This document shows positions 9,301 through 18,137 of a stretch of 43,346 nt of DNA, piece after piece (position 1 is the stretch's first letter; every line of letters begins with the position of its first letter). Source of the DNA: an uncultured virus (IMG/VR IMGVR_UViG_3300020256_000017) (lineage: Duplodnaviria; Heunggongvirae; Uroviricota; Caudoviricetes); IMG/VR virus record IMGVR_UViG_3300020256_000017; one strand, written 5' to 3'. Both the position numbers and the translations under genes were made by a program. The notes below the pieces were generated by a model. It did no database searches and was not told where the DNA came from. It saw only the letters and a list, made by a program, of their open reading frames with translations.

Positions 9301-12267
9301 TGGACTAACACCGGTTCCATTTCATGTGGAAACTGGGGGCCAACACCATCGACGCAAACGGCTGACTTTTCTCAAACGCGAAGCTGCGGCACACCACAAA
9401 AACGCGAAAGAGACATTTTTTACACGTGGGCACACAGCAGCGATACTTTCAAAGAAAAGGATGCTGAAACACGCACTAATGGTTCGACGCAATCTCGCAC
9501 CGTTGACGTATCAGTCGGTGGTTGGAGTGCTGTGAAAGACCACACGTACTCGGGATGGACGCCTGAGCCTGGCACGCGCACATCAAATTACACGCAATCT
9601 CGCACCTACAAGCAAGATCAAAAGCGTACGTGGACATATAAGGTGGGAACAACCACGATTGATACACGTGATGAAACGCGCACTGTAGACCAAAGCCAAA
9701 ACCGTACTAACAGCATGAAAGGCATTGCTTACGGTGGTTGGTCAGGTTGGAGTAACAACGGCTCATTAGATTGTGGTGGTTATTCACCAGCGCCAAGCAC
9801 GCAAACGTCTGACTTCACACAAACACGCAGCTGTAGTCAGCCGCAGAAACGTACGCGCGCGACCTATTACACATGGGATTACAGCAGCAACACGTATCGT
9901 AATACAGAAACAGATACGCAGAATGTAAGCAGCACGCAGTCACGAACGGTTGATGTAACAGTGGGTGGTTGGAGTGCCGTGAGAAATCATACGTACTCAG
10001 CGTACACGCCGGAGCCTGGCACGCGCACGTCGAGCTATACGCAGTCACGTACTTACAAGCAAGACCAGAAGCGCACTTGGGCGTATAAGGTTGGGTCAAC
10101 TACGCTAGATACCCGTGATGAAACGCGCACTGTCAACCAAAGCCAAAACAGAACCAACTCTATGACAGGCATCGTTTATGGCAATTGGTCTGGTTGGAGC
10201 AACAATGGTTCTTTGAGTTGTGGAAATTACTCACCAGCACCAAGCACGCAAACATCCAACTTCACCCAAACAAGAAGTTGTGGTCAACCGCAAAAACGCA
10301 CGCGAGCAACGTATTATGGTTGGGCTTATAGCGACAACACATATCGCAACACAGAAACAGACACGCAAACGGTAGGCAGCACGCAGTCTCGAACAGTGGC
10401 TGTGTCAGTAGGCGGCTGGAGCTATGTAAGAAATCATACCTTTACTGGTTGGACACCTGAGCCTGGTTCGCGCACATCAAATTACACGCAATCTCGCACC
10501 TATAAGCAAGATCAAAAGCGTACGTGGACATATAAAGCTGGCACGACGACACTTGATACACGCGATGAAACTCGCACTGTAGATATGAACCAAAGCCGTA
10601 CTAACAGCATGAAAGGCATTGCTTACGGTGGTTGGTCAGGTTGGAGTAATAACGGTTCACTCAGCTGTGGTGGCTATTCACCAGCGCCAAGCACGCAAAC
10701 GTCTGACTTCACACAAACACGCAGCTGTAGTCAGCCACAGAAGCGTACGCGTGCGACCTATTACACATGGGATTACAGCAGCAACACGTACCGTAACACG
10801 GAAACAGGCACGCAGAATGTAAGCAGTACGCAGTCGCGAACGGTTGATGTAACGGGAGGGGGGTGGACCTATGTTAGAAACCACTCATTCTCAAGTTGGA
10901 CACCTGAGCCTGGTACGCGCACATCAAGCTACACCCAGACGCGCACCTACAAACAAGATCAGAAGCGTACGTGGACATACAAAGTGGGCTCGACCACGTT
11001 AAGTACGCGTGATGACACGCGTACCACAAACCAAAGCCAGAGCCGAACCAATCGCATGAAAGGTATTGCGTACGGTAGCTGGTCTGGATGGAGCAATAAC
11101 GGTTCGCTCAGCTGTGGCGGCTATTCACCAGCGCCAAGCACGCAAACGTCTAACTTCACGCAAACGCGTAGCTGTAATCAACCTCAGAAGCGCACCCGTG
11201 CGACCTACTACACGTGGGATTACAGCAGCAACACGTATCGAAACACAGAAACAGATACGCAGAATGTGGGTAGTACGCAATCTCGAACAATATCGGTATC
11301 AGTCAGTGGTTGGTCAACGGTAAGAACACACAGCCATGGAACGTTTACGCCAGCGTACGGTAACCAGACAGCAAACTACACCCAGACACGTCCTTACAAG
11401 CGTGATGTGACAAGAACGTGGACGTATAAAGCCGGTTCTAACACGTTAACAACGCGCCCTGAGAACACGACATGGGATCAGACGCAAAGCCGTACGGTTG
11501 CTGTAACTCACAATGGGTGGCAGGATGTTGGCAGTCCAACCTGTGGAAGCTGGACGGGAGGTAGTACGCAGACTCGTTCTTGTACGCAACCGCAACAAGT
11601 TACGTATGTGCATAAGATAAACGGAAATACGGTGCATACGCAAACTAAGAATGGCTCGCGAAGCTACACCCAAAGTCGTACACTAACGACGCAGCAGTCA
11701 ACCGGTGCATGGCAACGTACAGGATATTCATGTACATCATGGACACCTGCGCAGTCTTCATATTACACGTTTGAAACAAAAACGCAGACGCAGCGCTGTA
11801 CAGAGAATAGAAGACGTGCGATTACCACTACGACGAACTACAGTGATGGCAGTACTCCGACAACGAATGTCACTTACGAGTATGACACCGTGGTAACGAA
11901 TCCAACGCGACGCCGTTCGGGGACAAAGCAGGATAGCGTTGTGAGTACGGAGACAAGGACCACGGAATCACAATCTGACGCTAACGTAAGACGACGCTTA
12001 GTGTCGCCTGAAGCGAAGTATACTGAAGCGGAGTTTTGTGCGCGCAACCCAATTGGTTTTTATCGTTCTGACGAGTACACGTGGAGCGAGACAACGATTG
12101 TGACGAAGTACTACTATTGGGATACGTATCAGTCCGGTCGAGTGCTACAGCGTAGCTCAACGCCGTATAAAACCACAACATCAAGTAGCTTTAGTGGATT
12201 CAAGGCGCTGGTGCCTAACACGAACCGCACTGGAGTATGTGGCGGCAGTGGAGGTTCAACTTCCTAG
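6325..12267 (+). CDS. Giant secreted Thr/Ser/Trp-rich repeat protein with thrombospondin type 1 (TSR)-like modules; putative adhesin
   Basis: Signal peptide ending ADAFA; repeated WSxW..C..W/YxP....QTRxC..PQxRxR modules. Confidence 0.85.
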   Translation: MKSQFTVRKKNTAIMLLSALTGGLALSADAFAQEASNDKPIYRFKMNIENKVNVPEWIVINYNYTPWVNSGGFSSCSGWQPDPNTKDWGESFQQSRVCQQPQVRNATPILFNPVSQRTKLGDTFEDTRSISVGDYQNNIGTRDFIDGERADAWPEWSNSGAPYDCSVWDPSTSDVRLYEPFTQARDCSQDQTRSRNVYNVWASGAETPKRIDSEEQTITVEQTRPEIGQRDEIDGIRPDTPSPWVDVTGNYDCAVWSPSVGGQLADFGQERDCSRDQERTQDFFDVWVSGKETLNRTETHEQTVTRTENRTVGVTFTPWTNEGDVVSCSVWGTEPQGRVASYDQTRSCEQPQTRDRIYTAGGETLSTVKESKNIDVTQTRKNVMEGVVADSWSSWTDTAATVCGAWGAAPDAQTSAFTQTRDCGTAQERKRDTFYTWTHSDNTFKAEETETRTDPTTESRTVTVDWTSWTNKNGVQNCSAWSPEPGSNTSDYTQSRECDQLQVRERIYAASGSELKRVEESQTVRVSQSRLNKMDGLVYGAWSPFADSGAETCGTFSPAVGAQTANFSQSRTCTRPQERTRDVHYSWTYGDNTFKETQTDTGTASRTDSRTVTVTPSSWSLVDKNTYSGWTPAPGARTSSYTQSRTFKQDEVRTWSYADGTTTLSTRQETRTLDKSETRANTMNGVKNDAWGGWTNTGPISCGAWGPEPASQTANYQQSRDCGTPQKRERDTYYTWAHSSDTFKETETETRTDGSTQSRAVNVSYTNWVNYGSVESCDAWGGEPGTKTADYTQSRDCQQPQKRERVYSVGGTEIASFEETKRVPVTQTRTNKMEGIAYGSWSSWSNDGALNCGGYSPAPSTQTADFTQTRSCQQPQKRTRATYYKWTYSSNTFRSNETGTQSVPSTQSRTVDVAAGNWSNVRNHTYSAYTPEPGTRTSSYTQSRTYKTDQTRTWTYKAGAETLSTRSESRTIDRTQNRTNTMNGLKEGSWGGWTNTGSISCGNWGPTPSTQTADFSQTRSCGTPQKRERDIFYTWAHSSDTFKEKDAETRTNGSTQSRTVDVSVGGWSAVKDHTYSGWTPEPGTRTSNYTQSRTYKQDQKRTWTYKVGTTTIDTRDETRTVDQSQNRTNSMKGIAYGGWSGWSNNGSLDCGGYSPAPSTQTSDFTQTRSCSQPQKRTRATYYTWDYSSNTYRNTETDTQNVSSTQSRTVDVTVGGWSAVRNHTYSAYTPEPGTRTSSYTQSRTYKQDQKRTWAYKVGSTTLDTRDETRTVNQSQNRTNSMTGIVYGNWSGWSNNGSLSCGNYSPAPSTQTSNFTQTRSCGQPQKRTRATYYGWAYSDNTYRNTETDTQTVGSTQSRTVAVSVGGWSYVRNHTFTGWTPEPGSRTSNYTQSRTYKQDQKRTWTYKAGTTTLDTRDETRTVDMNQSRTNSMKGIAYGGWSGWSNNGSLSCGGYSPAPSTQTSDFTQTRSCSQPQKRTRATYYTWDYSSNTYRNTETGTQNVSSTQSRTVDVTGGGWTYVRNHSFSSWTPEPGTRTSSYTQTRTYKQDQKRTWTYKVGSTTLSTRDDTRTTNQSQSRTNRMKGIAYGSWSGWSNNGSLSCGGYSPAPSTQTSNFTQTRSCNQPQKRTRATYYTWDYSSNTYRNTETDTQNVGSTQSRTISVSVSGWSTVRTHSHGTFTPAYGNQTANYTQTRPYKRDVTRTWTYKAGSNTLTTRPENTTWDQTQSRTVAVTHNGWQDVGSPTCGSWTGGSTQTRSCTQPQQVTYVHKINGNTVHTQTKNGSRSYTQSRTLTTQQSTGAWQRTGYSCTSWTPAQSSYYTFETKTQTQRCTENRRRAITTTTNYSDGSTPTTNVTYEYDTVVTNPTRRRSGTKQDSVVSTETRTTESQSDANVRRRLVSPEAKYTEAEFCARNPIGFYRSDEYTWSETTIVTKYYYWDTYQSGRVLQRSSTPYKTTTSSSFSGFKALVPNTNRTGVCGGSGGSTS
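7474..11500 (+). repeat. 447-450-bp (149-150 aa) coding repeat, about 9 units
   Basis: Unit-start Met codons at 7474, 7924, 8371, 8821, 9268, 9715, 10162, 10609 and 11056. Confidence 0.85.
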
Positions 12268-12283
12268 TAACGTTTATGCAAAC

Positions 12284-12312
12284 AAAAAAAGGCCACACGA
12301 GTGGCCTTTTTT
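12284..12312. terminator. Bidirectional terminator
   Basis: AAAAAAA-GGCCAC-acga-GTGGCC-TTTTTT. Confidence 0.85.
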
Positions 12313-12393
12313 ATTGATTGTTTAGCGAGAGATAGTCAACTTTAGTCGTGAGTAGTTAACGCTAATGGATTTGAAAATATACCTAGAGCGACG

Positions 12394-12672
12394 TTACTGT
12401 TCAGAGCGCGTGCGTCTTTCTATCAGTGACACCATATTCTCTCTTCCCTGACTCAGTAATGCTTCAAGCTCTTCGCAACGCCCACTGTGAGACATACATG
12501 TTTGATATGCTGACTCAGTTAGGTTTAAGTAGCGGTCCCAAGCGATCAGGCATTGTGCTTGGATATTATTACATGTAGGCTCTTCGCTTCTCACATCATC
12601 GGCTACAGATTGACAGGCCGACAATGCGAGCATTGATAAAGATATGAATAGCGTGTGGTGTAGACGTTTCAT
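12394..12672 (-). CDS. Small Cys-containing lipoprotein
   Basis: Lipobox LSAC; SD AAGGA. Confidence 0.7.
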   Translation of the reverse strand: MKRLHHTLFISLSMLALSACQSVADDVRSEEPTCNNIQAQCLIAWDRYLNLTESAYQTCMSHSGRCEELEALLSQGRENMVSLIERRTRSEQ

Positions 12673-12686
12673 AGATTTTCCTTAAA

Positions 12687-13091
12687 TTATACGGCCATGG
12701 GTAGCGCGTGTGAGGGGGGCTGTATCAACGAGGACGTCGATGCGCCTTTTGATAGTCGATACAACAAGTTGCTTAGTGTTAGATTGAGTTTACTCAGAGG
12801 ATAAACTTTTATAATAAGAAGCGCTTTATTCAGTAAAACAAAGAGCGACTGAGGTAAAACATAGCTTTGGGGGCCAACCCGCAGTGTGCAGTAACTGTCA
12901 CAGTCATATATGACAGTAACGTTGTCGCCAACCTTTCTTTCTCTCTGGCATGAATACAGTGGGCATGTCCACGTTGATAAGGCCTTTAAGTTAAGGGTGA
13001 GCGTTGAACCCGTTAATTGGTTTTCCAGCGAAATAGCACCGTCCGCTCTCAGTGTTATGCGATGAGAACGAAAAGAAAAACAGTCCTGCAT
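12687..13091 (-). CDS. Hypothetical protein
   Basis: SD AGGAG upstream of the ATG. Confidence 0.6.
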   Translation of the reverse strand: MQDCFSFRSHRITLRADGAISLENQLTGSTLTLNLKALSTWTCPLYSCQRERKVGDNVTVIYDCDSYCTLRVGPQSYVLPQSLFVLLNKALLIIKVYPLSKLNLTLSNLLYRLSKGASTSSLIQPPSHALPMAV

Positions 13092-13194
13092 GAATTCTCC
13101 TGTGGCAAGCAGCTTTCATTGTTATAAAGGGGGCTACTTGATGCAATGTGATGACAAGATGAATTATGGCATAAATAGGAAGAGATTTCAATAG

Positions 13195-13308
13195 AAGAGG
13201 TGCGCTCCCTCCGTTTCCTTATGCTTTATGATAGCTGTCAACACATACCAGAGAACACCGAGGGGAAACGTTGGTGAGGGAGCTGGGTAACCGTGGATGG
13301 CTACCTTA
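13195..13308 (-). ncRNA. Candidate small RNA 2, paralogue of 5957-6105
   Basis: TTGCTT-N16-TATTAT upstream; 5' hairpin GGUAGCC/GGUUACC; CAGCUCC; stems GCUCCCUC/GAGGGAGC and CGUUUCC/GGAAACG enclosing CUCUGGUAUGUGUUGACAGCUAUCA. The 3' end is uncertain. Confidence 0.5.
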
Positions 13309-13651
13309 TAGTAATAATAGGGTATATTGATATAAAAGCAATAGGAAGATAAAAAAAAGCCTCCCTAAAAAGAGAGGCGAGAGTATTGCGTGTCCAAGCA
13401 CAATACGTTGGGGTGCACCCAAAAAATCAGAGGAATGATAAAAGGTGCACTGTAGAAACAATAACACTGAAAAATAGAAGTTTCAATAGCAAGATAAGTT
13501 TTTACACTTTTTTGTAGTGTGAGTGAGTGTGTGTAAAAAAACCTGACACTATTTGGGTAAGTTAACGAAATGAAGGGGTTTAATTTTGGCACGACTATTG
13601 GATAAATCTTCCTATAGCAAGATAATTAACAAATTAACCCAAGGATAAAAA

Positions 13652-14401
13652 ATGCGTAACAGTAAAGTACGTCCTCTTATTTTAGCGACAGCCCTTTTGG
13701 CGAGCACTGCATATGCAGACGAGCAAACTGGCGTACAATCGCATAACTACAGTGGCTCTGCGGGTAACAACTCAGCGTCAGCCAGCATAGACCCATTCAC
13801 GTTTGACTACTTTGATATCAACCTAGGTACACTGACAGGTGTTTTTGTTAGTTACAATATTGAAATTTTAGGTGGCTTTATCGGTGCCGATAATCAAACG
13901 AACAAAGAGGTGCAAGGCACCATGCGTTTGGGTGGCGGCGCATTTCTTGATGCAGATATGCCTTTTTTGGACGAAAACTTTAACGATATATTTAATACCG
14001 TATCGGGTGAAAAGCAAGAGAGCTTTACACTTGCGGCAGATCCCACATTGTCTGTAGGGGGAAACGGCCCGGACACTTATGTAATGAACGGGGATCGTTT
14101 CTCAGGTGGCGTAAGTAACGTTCAGGTAAATACAGCGCTTAACAATAATTTTATCGACTCAGGCTCATTTGATATTGATTTCAGTTCATATTCTATTTTG
14201 GAAGTTAATGCGCCGGGTGCACGTGGTTTTTTTGAGTCGCCAGATTTAAATATCGAGATGTCATTGTATTACACCTATCAGCCAGACGATGTAATTGATG
14301 ATCCTAGCGATGCGACAACAGACGTTTCTTCTCCGGCAACATTAGGCGCGGCAGGGTTACTGATGATGATGGCAGGCGCTTTTCGTCGCAAAAAGTGCTA
14401 A
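13652..14401 (+). CDS. Exported protein with PEP-CTERM-like sorting tail (choice-of-anchor type)
   Basis: Signal peptide; C-terminal DVSSPATLG, hydrophobic stretch, RRKK. Confidence 0.75.
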   Translation: MRNSKVRPLILATALLASTAYADEQTGVQSHNYSGSAGNNSASASIDPFTFDYFDINLGTLTGVFVSYNIEILGGFIGADNQTNKEVQGTMRLGGGAFLDADMPFLDENFNDIFNTVSGEKQESFTLAADPTLSVGGNGPDTYVMNGDRFSGGVSNVQVNTALNNNFIDSGSFDIDFSSYSILEVNAPGARGFFESPDLNIEMSLYYTYQPDDVIDDPSDATTDVSSPATLGAAGLLMMMAGAFRRKKC

Positions 14402-14426
14402 GCAATAAAACAAAATGAAATGAAAT

Positions 14427-14454
14427 AAAAGAAGCACCTTCGGTGCTTTTTTTG
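14427..14454 (+). terminator. Intrinsic terminator
   Basis: AAGCACC-ttc-GGTGCTT followed by a T-run. Confidence 0.8.
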
Positions 14455-14511
14455 TTTCAAAATCTCGCGTTTCTTGGTATAGTTGTGTGGTCAACACAGC
14501 AAGAGACCACC
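14455..14511 (+). promoter_or_regulatory. Promoter/leader with GTCAACAC motif (14490-14497)
   Basis: TGgTATAGT-N6-GTCAACAC-agc-AAGAG...ATG. Confidence 0.6.
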
Positions 14512-15870
14512 ATGACGCCATTTGAAGTAAAAAGACTGCCTGAATTCAAGACCTTAAATGAAGGTCAAAAGATTTGCGCGCTTGCTGCTTTAACGGGTGA
14601 AAACATGTTGATCATGGGAGGTGGTGGTGTAGGCAAATCGCACATGATTAACTTCCTATCAAAAATCTTACCTGAACTGGTTATAACGGCGAGCACAGGT
14701 ATTGCCAGCATACCTATTCAAGGCCAAACACTTGCCAGCTTTATGGGGTTTGGGAAGGATGTAAAAAACCTTGAAGATGCGCGCAACATGAACCGTGCAA
14801 CAAGAGAAAGGTTGGCTGCCTGTAAGGCCATTCTTATTGATGAAGATAGCATGGTCCGCATAGATCTTTTTGAGCAAATGGAAGCACGGTTTCGGGCGGC
14901 TAAAGGAAATAGTCGATACTTCGGTGGTGTGCAAGTTATCTTAGTTGGTGATTTTTGCCAATTACCGCCTGTTCTGGCTGGCGATACTCAACAGGGATGG
15001 TTTAAACGACAGTACGAAAATAGACGCTATTTGTTTGAGTCATCGTCCTATACAAGGGGCGGTTTTACGTCCTATGTACTAAATGAATACGTGCGCCAAT
15101 CCGATCCGCTGACCCGACGCGTAATGCGGTCTCTGAGAATGGGGCACAATTTAGATAAAGTGGTTCGTTTCTTCAATACGCGCGCATTGGGGCTCGTGTC
15201 TGAAGATGCCTTGAAAATATGTAAAACAAACAAGAAAGTGTCCGCGATTAACGCGAGTGCTATGGCTAAAGTTAAAGCACCTGCCTTCACTGCGCATGGA
15301 AAAGTAAAAGGGCGTTTCCCGAATAAATTAAAAATGGTTGAAGATAACATTGTGCTGAAGCGTGGCTGTCGCTTGTTATTGATGGTGAACGACCCCGATC
15401 GCCGATTCCAGAACGGCGACTTGGGTGTCCTTGTCGGTGTCACACCTAAAGGAATTAACGTTAGGTTGGATAGGGGTGGTGTGGTGCATGTTACTCCCCA
15501 TACGTGGGAGAATTTTGCATACAATACGAATGGCGATGGATTAGCCAAACAAGCCGTAGGAACCTTTAAGCAATTACCTGTTAGGTTAGGCTACGCCATC
15601 ACTGCGCATAAAAGCCAAGGCATGACTTTAAATGAAGCTGAAATCGATCTGAGTGGGAATTATAACGAAGCCGGCCTGTCTTATGTAACCTTGAGTCGCA
15701 TAAAAACGTTAGATAAATTAAAGCTGACAACCCCGTTGAAAGTGAAAGATATACAAACCTGCAAAAAAGCAACGGATTTCACGTATCAAGAATCAATGAA
15801 AGCCTTGTCACGTCGTGATAGTGATAAGCGACGATTTAGTTTGGTTGATTCGCTAGCAAGAGCAGCCTAA
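14512..15870 (+). CDS. PIF1/RecD-like SF1B DNA helicase
   Basis: GGGGVGKS, ILIDEDSM, GDFCQLPP, YAITAHKSQG and YVTLSR motifs. Start moved to ATG 14512. Confidence 0.9.
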   Translation: MTPFEVKRLPEFKTLNEGQKICALAALTGENMLIMGGGGVGKSHMINFLSKILPELVITASTGIASIPIQGQTLASFMGFGKDVKNLEDARNMNRATRERLAACKAILIDEDSMVRIDLFEQMEARFRAAKGNSRYFGGVQVILVGDFCQLPPVLAGDTQQGWFKRQYENRRYLFESSSYTRGGFTSYVLNEYVRQSDPLTRRVMRSLRMGHNLDKVVRFFNTRALGLVSEDALKICKTNKKVSAINASAMAKVKAPAFTAHGKVKGRFPNKLKMVEDNIVLKRGCRLLLMVNDPDRRFQNGDLGVLVGVTPKGINVRLDRGGVVHVTPHTWENFAYNTNGDGLAKQAVGTFKQLPVRLGYAITAHKSQGMTLNEAEIDLSGNYNEAGLSYVTLSRIKTLDKLKLTTPLKVKDIQTCKKATDFTYQESMKALSRRDSDKRRFSLVDSLARAA

Positions 15871-15935
15871 ATTGGAACACCTATTGCAAACAGTAGTATA
15901 AAGACCTACGCTTATATTGTTAGCATAACAGGAGC

Positions 15936-16574
15936 ATGATGCTCCATAGAAATGCTGTAAAGGATGACAGCCCGATGACACATTACGAATCACACTTTGA
16001 AGTTTCTCCGTCAAGTTTAGTTAACCGTCTTCACCAGCGAATGTCTCTGGAGCGAAGATGTGTCGCCATGTCCGTGATACTAATCATGACGGCGACCATG
16101 CTTTCCCTTCATTTATTAGATCATGAATTAACGCAATGGCCAGACCTGGGCAATACTTTCTCTTGGATGATCGCCGCACTTATTGCACCCGCTTTAGCAG
16201 ACACTTTTCGATGGTCGAAAGGAGAGCGTGCCATGAAGAATCGATGGGTATCTGTACTTGAAGCATTCCGTTCAACAGGCGGCAACGAGGACACGGTAAA
16301 CAATACGCTTTCTGAGAAATCATATCGTTCAGGATGTGTTGCTCTTTCACGTAGAGCAAGAGGAAGATTTGTGTTGATTCTATTGAGTACGACCAATATG
16401 TTGAGCGGCATGGGGGCTATATCACATGAAGTTTTAGTTCACGAGGGTAATGTTAGGCTTACATTGATAGCATTATCAACGCTGTCCATTTTTATTAGTT
16501 TAAGATGGTTTTCCTTATGGGGGAGAACCGCGTTTCGCATGATAGCAAAACGCGATGTTGAAAGTTACCGGTAA
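15936..16574 (+). CDS. Hypothetical membrane protein (about 4 TM)
   Basis: SD AGGAG; several hydrophobic segments. Confidence 0.65.
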   Translation: MMLHRNAVKDDSPMTHYESHFEVSPSSLVNRLHQRMSLERRCVAMSVILIMTATMLSLHLLDHELTQWPDLGNTFSWMIAALIAPALADTFRWSKGERAMKNRWVSVLEAFRSTGGNEDTVNNTLSEKSYRSGCVALSRRARGRFVLILLSTTNMLSGMGAISHEVLVHEGNVRLTLIALSTLSIFISLRWFSLWGRTAFRMIAKRDVESYR

Positions 16575-16581
16575 GGCCAAG

Positions 16582-17772
16582 TTATAATGGCATGCCAAGC
16601 TGATCACCATGACTGCAATGCGCCTTGATGACAGGTTGCAGTATATTGGCGTCAACCCATGCCACAGCCTGAGGCACTACCGAATCACCCGTGCACTGAT
16701 AGGCGGCTTTTTTATCTTTAGGTAATTGGTAACTGTCAGGGTACCCCATTATTCTCGCGGTTTCACGAGGCGTGATAACTTTAACAGCATACTGGCCTTG
16801 ACCTGCCACAAGCACCCATGTGCGACTAGAACCACCTTTGTAAGGACGAAGCGCGGGGCATAACCCACTGAGAGAAATTTCCGCCGCGTTAAATCGCGTC
16901 CCATCTGCTTTTTGGCGTCCTCGCCTTGCAATCGTTGCAACCATAGTATGAGGGCTACAGAGCATCTTATTAAAGCGCTCCAGATGAGGCCCAACAAGGT
17001 TGTCTATGATGTTCTTGGTTTCTTCTTCACTCGCCCACGAGCCATCATTTTTATCATCCAACGAGAGACAGTCAACCAACTGTAGGTGACGTTCAGGAAG
17101 CGATGGCGTGGCGCTTGGTGCAACGAGCAAAAGCGCATTAGCGAAACGTGCCATCCAGTTCTGTAAAGGGTTAGGGTACAATTCTTTGTTATGTAAGGGT
17201 AGAGACGCGCTTGTTATGCGATTGTACACATTCTCTGCGGCATCACGTGCGATAGCACTAATGAAAATGCGCGGTCGAGATTGTGGGACAAAATGTTTGC
17301 CGTCAACGACAGAAAGGTTTACCGCGTACCCTAGTGCATTTAAACGTTGAATAAGATCAGCAAGATCATTGCCCTGATTTCGAGACACGAGCCCCATTGG
17401 ATTCTCAAGCATTGCCATTGGGTAGTGTGCCGCACCACCTCGCTCAGTGAGACGTTGCAGCCACTGATAAACCACACCAGACTTGATGCCAAGCAATCCA
17501 GTTCTATCGCCAGCAGCGGATGTGTTAGTGCATGGAAACGTCGCTGACATGAGATCGCCATCAGGGATGTCGTTTGCGCTAACGTCGCTAATAGACTTGC
17601 ACAGCATGCTTACACGGTGATTTAACGAGAACGCTTCAGCCTTAACAGGATCGATATCATTGGCCCAAATGGTTTGCCAGTTTCCTGAAAGACCAAACCC
17701 TGTACCGCCATGGCCTGCGAAAAATTCAAGGTGACGGTTCATAGGTCGATGTGAAAGCATATTCATAATCAT
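16582..17772 (-). CDS. dcm: DNA (cytosine-5)-methyltransferase
   Basis: FFAGHGG (motif I), FPC (IV), ENP (VI), QSRPR (VIII), GDSV (X). Confidence 0.9.
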   Translation of the reverse strand: MIMNMLSHRPMNRHLEFFAGHGGTGFGLSGNWQTIWANDIDPVKAEAFSLNHRVSMLCKSISDVSANDIPDGDLMSATFPCTNTSAAGDRTGLLGIKSGVVYQWLQRLTERGGAAHYPMAMLENPMGLVSRNQGNDLADLIQRLNALGYAVNLSVVDGKHFVPQSRPRIFISAIARDAAENVYNRITSASLPLHNKELYPNPLQNWMARFANALLLVAPSATPSLPERHLQLVDCLSLDDKNDGSWASEEETKNIIDNLVGPHLERFNKMLCSPHTMVATIARRGRQKADGTRFNAAEISLSGLCPALRPYKGGSSRTWVLVAGQGQYAVKVITPRETARIMGYPDSYQLPKDKKAAYQCTGDSVVPQAVAWVDANILQPVIKAHCSHGDQLGMPL

Positions 17773-17828
17773 TCCCCAAGTTGTGTTGACGGGAATTATT
17801 ATCTCAGACTTAACCTATAAAAACAACA
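17773..17828 (-). promoter_or_regulatory. Promoter/leader with GTCAACAC motif (17783-17790)
   Basis: TTGTTT-N17-GATAAT-N7-GTCAACAC-aactt-GGGG. Confidence 0.6.
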
Positions 17829-17829
17829 T

Positions 17830-18123
17830 TTATTTGTCGTCGTGATAAGGCGAAGGCAGTGACGCCCCATGAAGTAGATGCACTGTTGCCGTTTTATAGA
17901 GCACCATTGCTCGTTTGCCTTTATCAGTGGGTGCGATGACGGCATCCAGCTTGCCGTGACGATGGAGGCACAACAGCTTGTTTTGTGCAACATGCCCCCC
18001 ACAGCGTCTTTCTTTCTTAATGTTGGTTAATGATGCAGTAGAGATAGGTTTAATTGCCTCACTGGACACCAACGATGGCGAAAGTAGCGAAGTAATGAAA
18101 AAGCCTGCAAGGATAAATCTCAT
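17830..18123 (-). CDS. Small secreted hypothetical protein
   Basis: Signal-peptide-like N-terminus; SD GAGG. Confidence 0.6.
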   Translation of the reverse strand: MRFILAGFFITSLLSPSLVSSEAIKPISTASLTNIKKERRCGGHVAQNKLLCLHRHGKLDAVIAPTDKGKRAMVLYKTATVHLLHGASLPSPYHDDK

Positions 18124-18137
18124 GGTGCACCTCTTTG

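Noticed and set aside
7474..11500. Long repeats as a CRISPR array or other non-coding array
   Set aside because: Period is 447-450 bp, in frame, with mostly synonymous-type variation and no repeat-spacer structure.
14443..14511. Extended N-termini in the ORF track (also 4578-4637, 19560-19598, 28099-28194, 35649-35684)
   Set aside because: They run through promoter or terminator sequence. The recurring 'STQ' and 'RQH' peptides are just translations of the GTCAACAC motif.
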